Shown here in pieces: positions 25,374 to 34,221 of a stretch of DNA of 38,658 nucleotides (the stretch's first letter is position 1; the number at the start of each line of letters is the position of its first letter). The stretch is from a virus (taxonomy: Duplodnaviria > Caudoviricetes), in IMG/VR virus record IMGVR_UViG_3300025673_000007, positions 1 to 38,658 of that record; one strand, 5' to 3'. A program made the translations under genes and the position numbers. The notes beneath the pieces are model-generated. The model was not told the DNA's origin. It saw nothing but the letters and a program-made list of their open reading frames with translations, and did not search any database.

Positions 25374-26894
25374 ATGAAAGCAGAACATCAACAAGCGTTA
25401 CTATCCGCTTATCGCAAAGCACTAAGTTCTGGTGATGTTGAAATGGCCGCCGAGTTTAAAGGCGCTATCGATGAGATGGTTGGGAGTATGTCCGGCCTTG
25501 AGCAGTTTGGTGCCGGTGCTGCGGTTGGACTAGATAACCTAGTGCGTGGAACGTCTCAGCGGATCGGTGAAGTTTTACCAGAGGTTGTGTCGGAGTCGCT
25601 TGGCTTAAAACCCAAAAAGGGAGAGGTTGAGATTAGGCGAAGATCTCAGGATGCGCTCATGAATACCATTCCAGGCATGGTTGGATCTGTCGTACCAGAG
25701 ATGGTTGCAACTGGCCCCGGCGTTGGTATGAAGGCCGCACTAGGCGCGGGGTCGCTCATGGGATTGCTTCAACCCACCAACGATAACGAGAACCCATTAG
25801 TTAAGTCGGCTATAGGTGCTGCGGGGAGCGCTTTGGGAGAAGGCGCGACTAAACTATTATCGGCACCCTTCAAGTCAGTGCTGAGTCCAGAGCAACGCAT
25901 ACTGGCTAGAAAAGCTGAACAACTTGGAATTAAATTAGACCCCGCTCAGAAGAGTGGTAACCGCGCACTAGGTTATCTTGATTCGGCGTTAGGCGATATG
26001 CCATTCACATCAGGCGGGCAGAAGATAAAGAATGAAACCCAGTACGGTCAAGTGAACAGGGCAATATCTAAGACGTTTGGCGCTGACACTGATAAGTTGA
26101 GTAGCGAGCTATTTCAGAGTCACCAGAAGATAATTGGTGACGAGATGAATGAGATAGCTGGCCGAAACATTATTGATCTGGACGAAGACTTGATTACCGG
26201 ACTGGTGGATACGGTTAAGAAGATCGCTGATGAGAGCATTGATCCGCAGAAACTAAATCTAGTTAAGAACATGACGCGAGAACTTTTGGAAGCACGAAAA
26301 GATGGTGCTATCCCGGGTAGCATTTATCGCAAATTCAATACTAGAATTACCAGAGCGATAGATAAGTATGCGGTATCAGAACCAGATCTAGCACACGATC
26401 TGAAGGCATTGAAAGATGTGGTTGACGAAGGGGCATCCAGAAGTATGGACTCTGTGGATTTGAACAGGTTCGGTGAGTTGCGCGGATTGTACTCTAACCT
26501 TAAAACCGCAGAGCGATCCTTTGACGAAACTAAGGGGGAAGTAGCGCTGCATAAGTTAAGAACTCAAGTTAACAGAGGAAAGGGGCAGTCGGATCTAAAA
26601 GACATAGCGAAGATATCCCATGAGTTTCTACGTCCACCACCAAACTCAGGGACTGCACCAAGGAACGAAGCGATGCGATGGTTAGCCAATCCGCTAACAG
26701 CAGCGGGGGGTTACGCTTTAGATCCAACGGTTGGGATAGGTCTTGGTTCTGGGATAGCGGTATCGTCTGCGCTGCGTAATTTAATGGACCCATCAACCAA
26801 GATGAACGCACTTGGGAGAATGGTTAAGTCGAAGTACCCAAACCAACTACTTTCAAGGAGTGGGTCTGCCGGGTTGCTTGGGTATAGCGAATAG
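25374..26894 (+). CDS. Large ejection/DNA transfer protein
   Basis: Gly/Ala amphipathic segments, PAQKSG, PNSGTAPR; last gene of the virion block. Confidence 0.65.
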   Translation: MKAEHQQALLSAYRKALSSGDVEMAAEFKGAIDEMVGSMSGLEQFGAGAAVGLDNLVRGTSQRIGEVLPEVVSESLGLKPKKGEVEIRRRSQDALMNTIPGMVGSVVPEMVATGPGVGMKAALGAGSLMGLLQPTNDNENPLVKSAIGAAGSALGEGATKLLSAPFKSVLSPEQRILARKAEQLGIKLDPAQKSGNRALGYLDSALGDMPFTSGGQKIKNETQYGQVNRAISKTFGADTDKLSSELFQSHQKIIGDEMNEIAGRNIIDLDEDLITGLVDTVKKIADESIDPQKLNLVKNMTRELLEARKDGAIPGSIYRKFNTRITRAIDKYAVSEPDLAHDLKALKDVVDEGASRSMDSVDLNRFGELRGLYSNLKTAERSFDETKGEVALHKLRTQVNRGKGQSDLKDIAKISHEFLRPPPNSGTAPRNEAMRWLANPLTAAGGYALDPTVGIGLGSGIAVSSALRNLMDPSTKMNALGRMVKSKYPNQLLSRSGSAGLLGYSE

Positions 26895-27338
26895 ATGTTA
26901 GCTGAATTAGCGATAATCAACGCTAGTTTTGAAGTTATAAAAACGGCGCTTGGCAATGGCAAAGAGCTGTTTGAGCTGGGCGATCAGTTAGCGCATTTCA
27001 GCAATGCTGGGCGTGAGATAGACCAGAAAGCGAAGCTGGCTAAGAAAGGCTCAGATCAAGAATCGGATCTTGAGATCTTCATGGCTCAAGAGGCTATGCG
27101 CGTTAAGCGAGAAGAACTCAAGGAATTGATGATCCGAACGCGCCACCTACTTTGGGACGAGTTTCTTCGCTTCGAGGGGCAACAACAACGGGCTAGAGAA
27201 AAGGCAATTAGATTAGAAGAGAAACGCAAAGCTGAGCGAACAGATTTCATCATGACCGCACTTGCTTGGATAGTGGCTTTTCTGATTCTCGCGGGGTCGC
27301 TGTTTGGTGGACTTAAATTAATTATTGGGATGAAGTAA
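26895..27338 (+). CDS. Hypothetical protein with coiled coil and C-terminal TM helix
   Basis: FIMTALAWIVAFLILAGSLFGGL. Confidence 0.7.
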   Translation: MLAELAIINASFEVIKTALGNGKELFELGDQLAHFSNAGREIDQKAKLAKKGSDQESDLEIFMAQEAMRVKREELKELMIRTRHLLWDEFLRFEGQQQRAREKAIRLEEKRKAERTDFIMTALAWIVAFLILAGSLFGGLKLIIGMK

Positions 27339-27524
27339 ATGGACGAGCATAGGTGCAGTGAAATGGAAACAATACTAAAAGTCCACAGACAGAGGATTGA
27401 TGAACTAGAGACTACACTGGACGAGATAAATAAACAGTTAGCTCATATTAAAGGTGGGGTTTATGGGATATGTCTTTATGCCGTTGCCACGCAATTAGGC
27501 ATCCTTGAAGCGATAAAGCTGTGA
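27339..27524 (+). CDS. Small coiled-coil + TM protein (XhlA/holin-like)
   Basis: HRQRIDELE heptads then a hydrophobic tail; lysis-region position. Confidence 0.5.
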   Translation: MDEHRCSEMETILKVHRQRIDELETTLDEINKQLAHIKGGVYGICLYAVATQLGILEAIKL

Positions 27525-27644
27525 GTGAGTTACTACTTCTTCAGGTTCCCAATTTTAATTATATTGCTAGCAGTGGCCGCAGTAATAGTTCTGATAGCGA
27601 TATGTATATACGAGATGTTTTATGTCATTCAAAGTCATCTTTGA
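27525..27644 (+). CDS. 39-aa single-TM microprotein
   Basis: MSYYFFRFPILIILLAVAAVIVLIAICIYEMFYVIQSHL; GTG directly after the upstream stop. Confidence 0.5.
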   Translation: MSYYFFRFPILIILLAVAAVIVLIAICIYEMFYVIQSHL

Positions 27645-27732
27645 TCTACTCACATTTATAGCGTTAGCCGTTGCGGCTGCATCTGTCGCCACATGGCTAT
27701 TGCACCATTGGTTAGGAGTATATTATGTTTAA
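27622..27732 (+). CDS. 36-aa single-TM microprotein
   Basis: MSFKVIFDLLTFIALAVAAASVATWLLHHWLGVYYV; overlaps both neighbours. Confidence 0.5.
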   Translation: MSFKVIFDLLTFIALAVAAASVATWLLHHWLGVYYV

Positions 27733-28093
27733 AAATAAGTTAAAGATTGAAGCAGTGCCGAGGGAAGATGCTTATTTGCTCACATCTCGACTCAGTTACA
27801 TTACCTCGCTTGGGGATAAAATTATCATCCCTAAACATTTTAAAACCAATTTTGCATCGGTTCCTCGGGTAGCGAAAGTATATATCGACGACGATGACTG
27901 GCAGATCAGAGCTCCTTCAGTAGTTCACGACTATTTATACAGTGCTGAGTCAGCAGAATTAGGATTTACCAGAAAACAGGCAGACGAAGTGCTGCTTGAA
28001 GCGATGATGGGTTTAGGGATGCGGAAGACAAAAGCCTTGCTCATTTATTTCGTACTAAGATTATTCGGGGGTCCAAACTATGAAAAACGATAA
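27725..28093 (+). CDS. DUF1353 family protein
   Basis: FKTNFASVPR, VVHDYLY, RKQADEVLLEAM, LRLFG. Confidence 0.85.
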   Translation: MFKNKLKIEAVPREDAYLLTSRLSYITSLGDKIIIPKHFKTNFASVPRVAKVYIDDDDWQIRAPSVVHDYLYSAESAELGFTRKQADEVLLEAMMGLGMRKTKALLIYFVLRLFGGPNYEKR

Positions 28094-28316
28094 CAGCATT
28101 ACCCTTCCACGCTATTTTGTTTTAGCGCTGGTATTTATGTTAGCTATTCCACTTTTGACCGCTTGCTCTGCGGTAGATCTTGCTAGTCGAGGCGCGGGCA
28201 TCGTCGTCGGTCAGTATTGCTCTAAAGCTCCAGGTGCGGCTCGATCTGTCATCAGGAAGGCCGTTAACAAATCACTAGCCCCTAACTCGATAGCGATTAC
28301 CTGTGCAAAAGATTAG
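28080..28316 (+). CDS. Lipoprotein (possible spanin component)
   Basis: Hydrophobic signal ending in lipobox LTAC; two further Cys. Confidence 0.65.
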   Translation: MKNDNSITLPRYFVLALVFMLAIPLLTACSAVDLASRGAGIVVGQYCSKAPGAARSVIRKAVNKSLAPNSIAITCAKD

Positions 28317-28677
28317 TCAGCATTTCTCCAGAAGCGAGTTCGCTTGTCAGTGCGGCAACCAATGTCCACAGTCGCAAGACCCCACTGTTGATGTGACGTT
28401 GATTCAGATACTGGAAGAACTGCGACGGCATTTTAATACGCCTATAACCGTAACCAGCGGCGTGCGATGTAAATCTCACAATGCCTCGGTAGGGGGATCA
28501 GTTTTTTCCAAGCATCTTGAGGGGAAGGCAGCCGATGTGCTGCTGAATGGGGTAACGCCGGGCAGGGTGTATGACTACCTAGTTGATCGGTATCCAGGGT
28601 ACGGATTTGGGAAGTACAACACGTTTACCCATATCGATAGTCGTGGGTTAAAAGCAAGATGGGAAATTAAGGGCTAA
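28303..28677 (+). CDS. Endolysin, peptidase M15A family
   Basis: HFSRSEFACQCG, TSGVRC..HN..VGG...SKHLEGKAAD, FTHIDSRG. Confidence 0.9.
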   Translation: MQKISQHFSRSEFACQCGNQCPQSQDPTVDVTLIQILEELRRHFNTPITVTSGVRCKSHNASVGGSVFSKHLEGKAADVLLNGVTPGRVYDYLVDRYPGYGFGKYNTFTHIDSRGLKARWEIKG

Positions 28678-28682
28678 AAACT

Positions 28683-28924
28683 TTACTTCACATTTACTTC
28701 AAAAAAACCTTACTTCACTTTTACTTCACCACCGCTGCAACCCCAGTAAAATCAAGGCGTGACGGTGTCTCCCATGTGCATTAAACACGTTTTGGCGATT
28801 TATGGTATTTAGCGGTTATTTGTAGTAAAAACAAGTACTTAGGCTGAGTTTTCACCATTCCCATCTGATCATTTCGTTGCATTTTTGGTTAAAAAGCGAT
28901 ATGGTTTACTTCTAATTTACTTCA
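28683..28924. mobile_element. attP region with integrase arm-type repeats
   Basis: TTACTTC(A/T) at 28683/28694, 28710/28721 and 28906/28917 (three pairs, each 11 bp apart); IHF-like AAACAA-GTAC-TTA at 28829-28841; directly upstream of int. Confidence 0.75.
28877..28905 (+). promoter_or_regulatory. Putative int promoter
   Basis: TTGCAT-17 bp-TATGGT, immediately followed by two arm-type repeats. Confidence 0.55.
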
Positions 28925-28937
28925 GTTGGGATCTGAG

Positions 28938-29903
28938 TTGGCGAATTTTACCAAGGTTGGTAGTCGCTACCGCGCGTCAGTGTGCGTAAACGGAAAGCGA
29001 AAATCAAAGACATTTCGGACCAAGACCGAGGCCAGAGGGTGGGCGCTGCAAACTGAAATAGAAATTGATACTGGTGTGGGTGATCCAACGCATTATCTCT
29101 TGGAAGATGCTTTGATCCGGTATCGTGACGAGGTGACGGTGCTGAAGAAAGGTAAGAAGAATGAGAGTAATCGAATCAATGCCATGCTCCGGCTTCCACT
29201 GGCCCAGATGCGACTCGATGATATCACCAGTGACGACATGGGGAAGTATCGTGATGAGCGTCTGAAGAAGAACGGCGGCGGGACCGTGAATCGTGAACTC
29301 AGTTTAATATCAGTGATCTTCAATCGTGCTAGGATCGAATGGAAGTGGGTGGCGAAGAACCCGATATCAGATGTAACTCGACCCAAGAACCCAAGGCCAA
29401 GAGATCAACGGATTAACGATGACGAGATCCAGAGAGTGTGTGACGCTCTGGGGTATGCCGGTGGTGAGATAAACAGTTCTACCGATCTGGTAGCTGTGTT
29501 GTTTCTTCTAGCTATCGAAACTGCGATGAGGCTAGGTGAGTTGTGTGCAGTTGTGCCGAGAAGTGTACATTTGAGTGAGCGGTATGTTGAGGTCACGGAT
29601 TCTAAAAACGGTGATAAGCGGAAGGTGCCGTTATCGAATAGAGCGGGTGAACTATTTGGCAAGGTTATTCACGCTCAAATGAAGATCACTTCAGCAACTG
29701 CCGGAGCGATCTATCGCCAACATCGAGGCGCGGCAGATATGGGACATTTCAACTTCCATGACACACGGCACGAAGCGATTACCCGACTCGCGCAGAAGTT
29801 AGACGTACTGGACCTCGCCCGGATGATCGGGCATCGAGATCCTAAATCACTAATGATCTATTACAACGCCACGCCGATTGAAATTGCTAGTCGGCTTGAT
29901 TGA
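28938..29903 (+). CDS. int: Tyrosine integrase
   Basis: N-terminal arm-binding beta domain; ETAMRLGE, SKNG, FHDTRHE, GHRD, YY catalytic set; TTG start at 28938 or 28926. Confidence 0.95.
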   Translation: MANFTKVGSRYRASVCVNGKRKSKTFRTKTEARGWALQTEIEIDTGVGDPTHYLLEDALIRYRDEVTVLKKGKKNESNRINAMLRLPLAQMRLDDITSDDMGKYRDERLKKNGGGTVNRELSLISVIFNRARIEWKWVAKNPISDVTRPKNPRPRDQRINDDEIQRVCDALGYAGGEINSSTDLVAVLFLLAIETAMRLGELCAVVPRSVHLSERYVEVTDSKNGDKRKVPLSNRAGELFGKVIHAQMKITSATAGAIYRQHRGAADMGHFNFHDTRHEAITRLAQKLDVLDLARMIGHRDPKSLMIYYNATPIEIASRLD

Positions 29904-30182
29904 TTACCCCAACCCCTTAGTGACTTCCAATTCAAAAACATCAGCATCAAACCATCGGACCGAGCCGTTAGTGTAAACGCCAATTAATTTATTGCCGAGT
30001 CCGTGCTTCGCACAAGCGATCAGCTTGGCTGAGATGATTGTGGAGGCAAAGAAAGCATCGAACGTGGAGTATCTATCTGGATAATTTGGGTGGTCTTTGT
30101 CGATGGCAAAAACAGCTATTGGCGATGCCTTGGTTGCAATTTTAATGCGCTCTCGAATAAATCCTTTGGTCATGACGGTCAT
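29904..30182 (-). CDS. Hypothetical protein
   Basis: Last gene of the leftward operon, convergent with int. Confidence 0.6.
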   Translation of the reverse strand: MTVMTKGFIRERIKIATKASPIAVFAIDKDHPNYPDRYSTFDAFFASTIISAKLIACAKHGLGNKLIGVYTNGSVRWFDADVFELEVTKGLG

Positions 30183-30185
30183 ATT

Positions 30186-30380
30186 TTAATCCTTATGTCT
30201 TAATACCCATTTTTTTACTTCAGTAGAAATCCAGCGACGATGCGCCCCGCGAGGCCCGCCAGTTGGAAGGACGATGGGCTTTGGGAAAGTGGTTTTACAA
30301 ATTAATTTTCTTCTGACGAGCTGCTTATTAACGCTGAGATATTCGGCGATGTCGTCCATGCTCCAGAGTCGATCATTCAT
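30186..30380 (-). CDS. Excisionase / AlpA-like directionality factor
   Basis: LWSMDDIAEYL...FPKPI...RRWISTEVKKW; near int; SD GGAG. Confidence 0.8.
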   Translation of the reverse strand: MNDRLWSMDDIAEYLSVNKQLVRRKLICKTTFPKPIVLPTGGPRGAHRRWISTEVKKWVLRHKD

Positions 30381-30723
30381 CTCCAACCTCAATCTCTTCA
30401 TACTCAGGTGTGCCATGCGATTTAGGCATATGTAGTCTCATCAGTTCTTTGAGATAGAATTCTGCTTTGCCCAAATTCTCATATTTTATGAGATTCTTCT
30501 GATCCTCATCCATGTCCTTTTTGATCCCCTTAGAGTCCCAGCGCCATAGGTACTTAAGTATGTTGAAAACAAGCGCCCCGATGAACATCTGCCGAGAGAG
30601 AAATTGACGCATGAGATCAATGAATTCAATGCCCATGCCCTCTTTTTTATAATGTGACGGTTCGTTGATATTTTCCAGCACAGTATCGAAGTCGCTCTTC
30701 CTCCTGACTCTCACCTTAGTCAT
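30373..30723 (-). CDS. DUF3310 family protein (T7 gp1.7-like nucleotide kinase domain)
   Basis: INEPSHY, IEFID, NILKYLWR, LGKAEFYL. Confidence 0.8.
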   Translation of the reverse strand: MTKVRVRRKSDFDTVLENINEPSHYKKEGMGIEFIDLMRQFLSRQMFIGALVFNILKYLWRWDSKGIKKDMDEDQKNLIKYENLGKAEFYLKELMRLHMPKSHGTPEYEEIEVGDE

Positions 30724-30937
30724 TTGGGCGATACGCTGTCATTTCACTGATCACTAGCAAATCAACCCTCAAGATTGACTCACAGGCTAATTCAGCAAGT
30801 TTGTCTAATAGTTCAATATCATTAGTCAGCCGATCTATGCCGGTCTTCTCCATAAATGGTCTTGAGGCTATTGCTGCAACAATAACCGACATATATAAAT
30901 CCATTCTCTCTGTAAGTTTGTCTTCTTCTTTAGTCAT
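30716..30937 (-). CDS. Hypothetical protein
   Basis: Start MTKEEDK overlaps the stop of the upstream microprotein. Confidence 0.55.
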   Translation of the reverse strand: MTKEEDKLTERMDLYMSVIVAAIASRPFMEKTGIDRLTNDIELLDKLAELACESILRVDLLVISEMTAYRPND

Positions 30938-31049
30938 CCCAATCAATCCCCTCATCTCTAAATAACGATTCAATAATAATGGCGGCGAGTCCGATCAAAA
31001 TAAATACCGGCGCTAACAACAATCCAACCAGCCACCCTAGAACGCTCAT
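30930..31049 (-). CDS. 39-aa single-TM microprotein
   Basis: MSVLGWLVGLLLAPVFILIGLAAIIIESLFRDEGIDWDD; ATGA overlap with the upstream gene. Confidence 0.55.
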   Translation of the reverse strand: MSVLGWLVGLLLAPVFILIGLAAIIIESLFRDEGIDWDD

Positions 31050-31327
31050 GAAAAAATACCAACCTCGCGCCACAATTCCACTTCCTCTGTACGATCCTTC
31101 AGCGGCTTGCTGATCGTCAGCAATGGCTTGCCCTTATCATCCAATCTCGGCAAATAATAATTAGTGTGGTTGTTGAATAAATCGATCAGCGAAGTTTCTG
31201 TTAAGTTTGGCGGGATATCACCAAAACCCAGCACCTCACAAACCCTCTGAAAATCTACCGGACTGCGAGGACTTTCAAACGGACGGCCCATCTTTTTGCG
31301 GCCCATCTTTTCGCTTTTCTCTACCAT
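31046..31327 (-). CDS. Hypothetical protein with basic GRP N-terminus
   Basis: SD GGAGG; KKMGRP. Confidence 0.65.
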   Translation of the reverse strand: MVEKSEKMGRKKMGRPFESPRSPVDFQRVCEVLGFGDIPPNLTETSLIDLFNNHTNYYLPRLDDKGKPLLTISKPLKDRTEEVELWREVGIFS

Positions 31328-31538
31328 GAACTACCTCCCAATTTAATTAAGTGCCGAATCAACGCTGATCTCGAAAAGGGTCCGATCTACTTTTCCTTAT
31401 CCTCAGACCCCCGGAGAAGATCTAGTCGTCTTCGGCTGCGGGCGTTTTTCTCACTCATTCCCACCACCCGCTGGGGAATCCCTAGTTCAGTAACGGTGTT
31501 GGCGCTACTGCCCGCTAGGGGCGGGACCCAACCCCCTC

Positions 31539-33183
31539 TCACAGGGGATGTTTATTGAAATCGTAACGAACAATCGTCGAAAATTTGTTTTTCGTATCTA
31601 CGGTTACCGTGTCCGGCCAACGCAACTTCGATGTCTGATCCAGCGCCAATCCAACAGAATAGGGGATGGGGGAATCGATGCGTTTTTCCCACCAACGTAG
31701 CGCCTTCTTCCACGCGTATCCCTGATGCTCGATGCATATCCACTCACTCGTAACTCGTCTTAATCCAGAGTAATAATCTACTCTGAGGCTGGGGGTCTTC
31801 CCCTTTTTTGCATGGCGCGAGTAAGTGATGTCTGTGACCGGATAGGTGCGGAACTCGCTGTGTCCTTCATCTAAAATAGACAACCCAGAAGCATCCCGAT
31901 TGAGTTTAATTTCTCGGTCCTGTACGTCAAAAATATGCCCGCAAGAAAAACAGGTTCGCAGACCTAGGGCGCACTCAGATAAGCACTTCGGACACTGCTT
32001 AGTGATTGCTTCCATCTTGAAAGAGCGTGGCTTGCGTCCTTGGATTTTATTGACCGGACCCATCACGGCAGAGTTATCTGTATAGTCGGCGATGAGCGCT
32101 GGCTTATCCTTTTTGTTTGGATGAGGACGCATAGCTCGACCGATCATTTGAACCCACAAAATGGGTGATCGGGTATTTCGGAGCATCCCTATGAAGTCGG
32201 TGCCAGGGGAATCAAAACCGGTGGTTAAAACTCCGATGGAAACTAAGCATTGCAGTTCACCTGACCGGTGCCGATCAATCATGCCGGCGCGGATATCTTT
32301 GGGAGTCATGCCGGTAATCACCTCGGCATCTATACCGTTCTTCACCAGCTCTTTGCCGACGTTGTGGGCGTGATCGACAGTGACACAAAAAACAATCCAG
32401 CTCTTACGGTCAGCGCCGAGCTTTGCCATATCACGACAGGCTTCTCTGGTAAAATCGCTTTTGTTAATCAGGCTATCCAGTTCAGAGATTACAAAATCAC
32501 CACTGCCAAAGCGCTTCACAGAAGAAGCGTCAAACTGTATCGAGGTCTTGGCTGGCGCGATCTTACACAGATACCCTTCCTTAATTAATTCCATCATCTC
32601 GACAGAAGCAGCGACATCAGTGAACAGGGAGTTTTTAGCTTTGTGCAACCAGACACCATCACCCCTAAAAGGTGTTGCGGTGAGCCCGCAGACGCGCAAC
32701 GCTGGATTACGTTCGGTTAGTTTTTCAATAGCCGATCTGATCATGCCGACGTTGTCGTTATTGGTTAGGTGCGCTTCGTCGATAATAATGAGGTCGAACT
32801 TTCCGATCTTATCGATGCGTCTGAATATCGTGCCGATGGTCCCGATGATGATGGGCTGGTGGTAATCAAAGCGCTTCATCGATGCAGACAATACCCCGAC
32901 GATGTCCCGCAACCTATTCTTCATCACTGGTCGCCGGATCATCGATCATGTTCAGTAGCTTTTCATAGTTCTGTTCACATAACTCTTTGGAAGGAACGAT
33001 AATCAGTATGCGTTGATCACCAAACTCCATTGCCAGTCGGCATATCTCAGCGACGATTAGCGATTTGCCTGATCCAGTGGGCAAGCCCATCAAAGGATGG
33101 CCGGTTTTGTTTTCGCCGAACCAATGCCAGAGTTGATCGATGACCCGCTGTTGGTAGTCGCGTAACTTATATACCGTCTTCAT
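31539..33183 (-). CDS. SF2 helicase (YejH/RadD-like, Zn finger), split into two frames at ~32906-32933
   Basis: 5' ORF: LRDYQ, PTGSGKS, VPSKELCEQN. 3' ORF: IIDEAH, TATP, LTTGFD, QMIGRAMR, CPKC...CFSC. Confidence 0.9.
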
Positions 33184-34220
33184 TCAACGATCCTTCCATC
33201 ACCAACCTCACGAATCGTATCAACATCTTTGTCACCAAGAGCTGCTGGATTCGCGTTCTGAATTTCTTTTGATGAGTAGCCTGGGATCATCCAACAGTTT
33301 TCAAACCGAGTGCCATCAGGCTTTTCATAGGTGATGGAATTGCGCGACTTATCACCGTCAACGACCTTGGCGAAGGTAATGAAGTTAGGGTTATAAAGAT
33401 GCTCTTTACACTCAGTCGTTTTTTGATCGACGATATCGCCGCCAAAATAAGCGCATGACCATCGAGCGTCACCGTCCAGCTCGGCAGTTGAATGCACACA
33501 GGTGCGGCAGTTAATGGCTGCCATCTCGCTGCCGTGACAAATGTCTTGATAATCACACCACTTGCACTGATACCAGCTTGGATCTTCTGAGATCTTTTCT
33601 GGCGGTGAATCAGATGTGATAATGGTATTAGCGCGGTTCAGCAGAACTGCGGCAACATCCTTATCATATTTGACTCGTTCGGAATAAAGGCTGTCGTCGT
33701 TCTTGTTAACAACCAGGTAAAACGCACGATCCATCTGGGACCAGTGCATATACATCTGCATCTGGGCGAAGTGTTCGGGTTTAGCTTTCTCAACACCTTC
33801 CTTACATAGCTTTTTAAACGCCTTGTCGCCGGATGTTTTAAATTCTATAACGTGCCAGGTTTTTCTGGCCTCAACAAATCCAAGCCCAGCACCATCCATC
33901 GAGCCACCGAAGTGACCACCAATGGCACCGAAAGTGAATTGCTTACCGGTTCCTTTGTCAACCGTGACCACATGAACACCGGCATCTCGCAATAATTTAA
34001 CCAGGTTAGGTTCTTCCAGATGACCACGTTGAAATAGTCTTAATATTCTGCCGATGCGTTTCTGTAACTTGCTCCATCGAAACGAGTACCAGAGCTGCCG
34101 TTGACACGGCGCTCCAATAATCGATGCTCCCAGATGATACCTAAGACCGTCATCGGCATTGCACTCGACGACTTCATCTATTTTAGATACAGTGGTTTCC
34201 GGCTGCGGGATGGTCGCCAC
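33180..34220 (-). CDS. PD-(D/E)XK exonuclease with Cys cluster (Cas4/YqaJ-like recombination nuclease)
   Basis: HLGASIIGAPCQRQLWY, GSMDG, IEFKT, HFAQMQMYM, CKWC...C; probable GTG start at 34220. Confidence 0.85.
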   Translation of the reverse strand: MATIPQPETTVSKIDEVVECNADDGLRYHLGASIIGAPCQRQLWYSFRWSKLQKRIGRILRLFQRGHLEEPNLVKLLRDAGVHVVTVDKGTGKQFTFGAIGGHFGGSMDGAGLGFVEARKTWHVIEFKTSGDKAFKKLCKEGVEKAKPEHFAQMQMYMHWSQMDRAFYLVVNKNDDSLYSERVKYDKDVAAVLLNRANTIITSDSPPEKISEDPSWYQCKWCDYQDICHGSEMAAINCRTCVHSTAELDGDARWSCAYFGGDIVDQKTTECKEHLYNPNFITFAKVVDGDKSRNSITYEKPDGTRFENCWMIPGYSSKEIQNANPAALGDKDVDTIREVGDGRIVE

Positions 34221-34221
34221 G

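Noticed and set aside
4325-26962. Numerous 60-165 aa minus-strand ORFs within structural genes
   Set aside because: Antisense shadows of well-supported genes with no motifs; only 10510-10788 is retained.
28760-28790. tRNA 3' end as att core (GGGAGACACC on the minus strand)
   Set aside because: No TTCRA T-loop and no CCA; no tRNA gene seen anywhere in the window.
31378-31410. Hammerhead ribozyme (CTGAGGA...GAAA on the minus strand)
   Set aside because: Stem II is absent, and stems I and III cannot form in the required register.
33180-34220. Cas4-like nuclease as evidence of a CRISPR system
   Set aside because: Lies in a standard Sak4-SSB-exonuclease-helicase recombination module.
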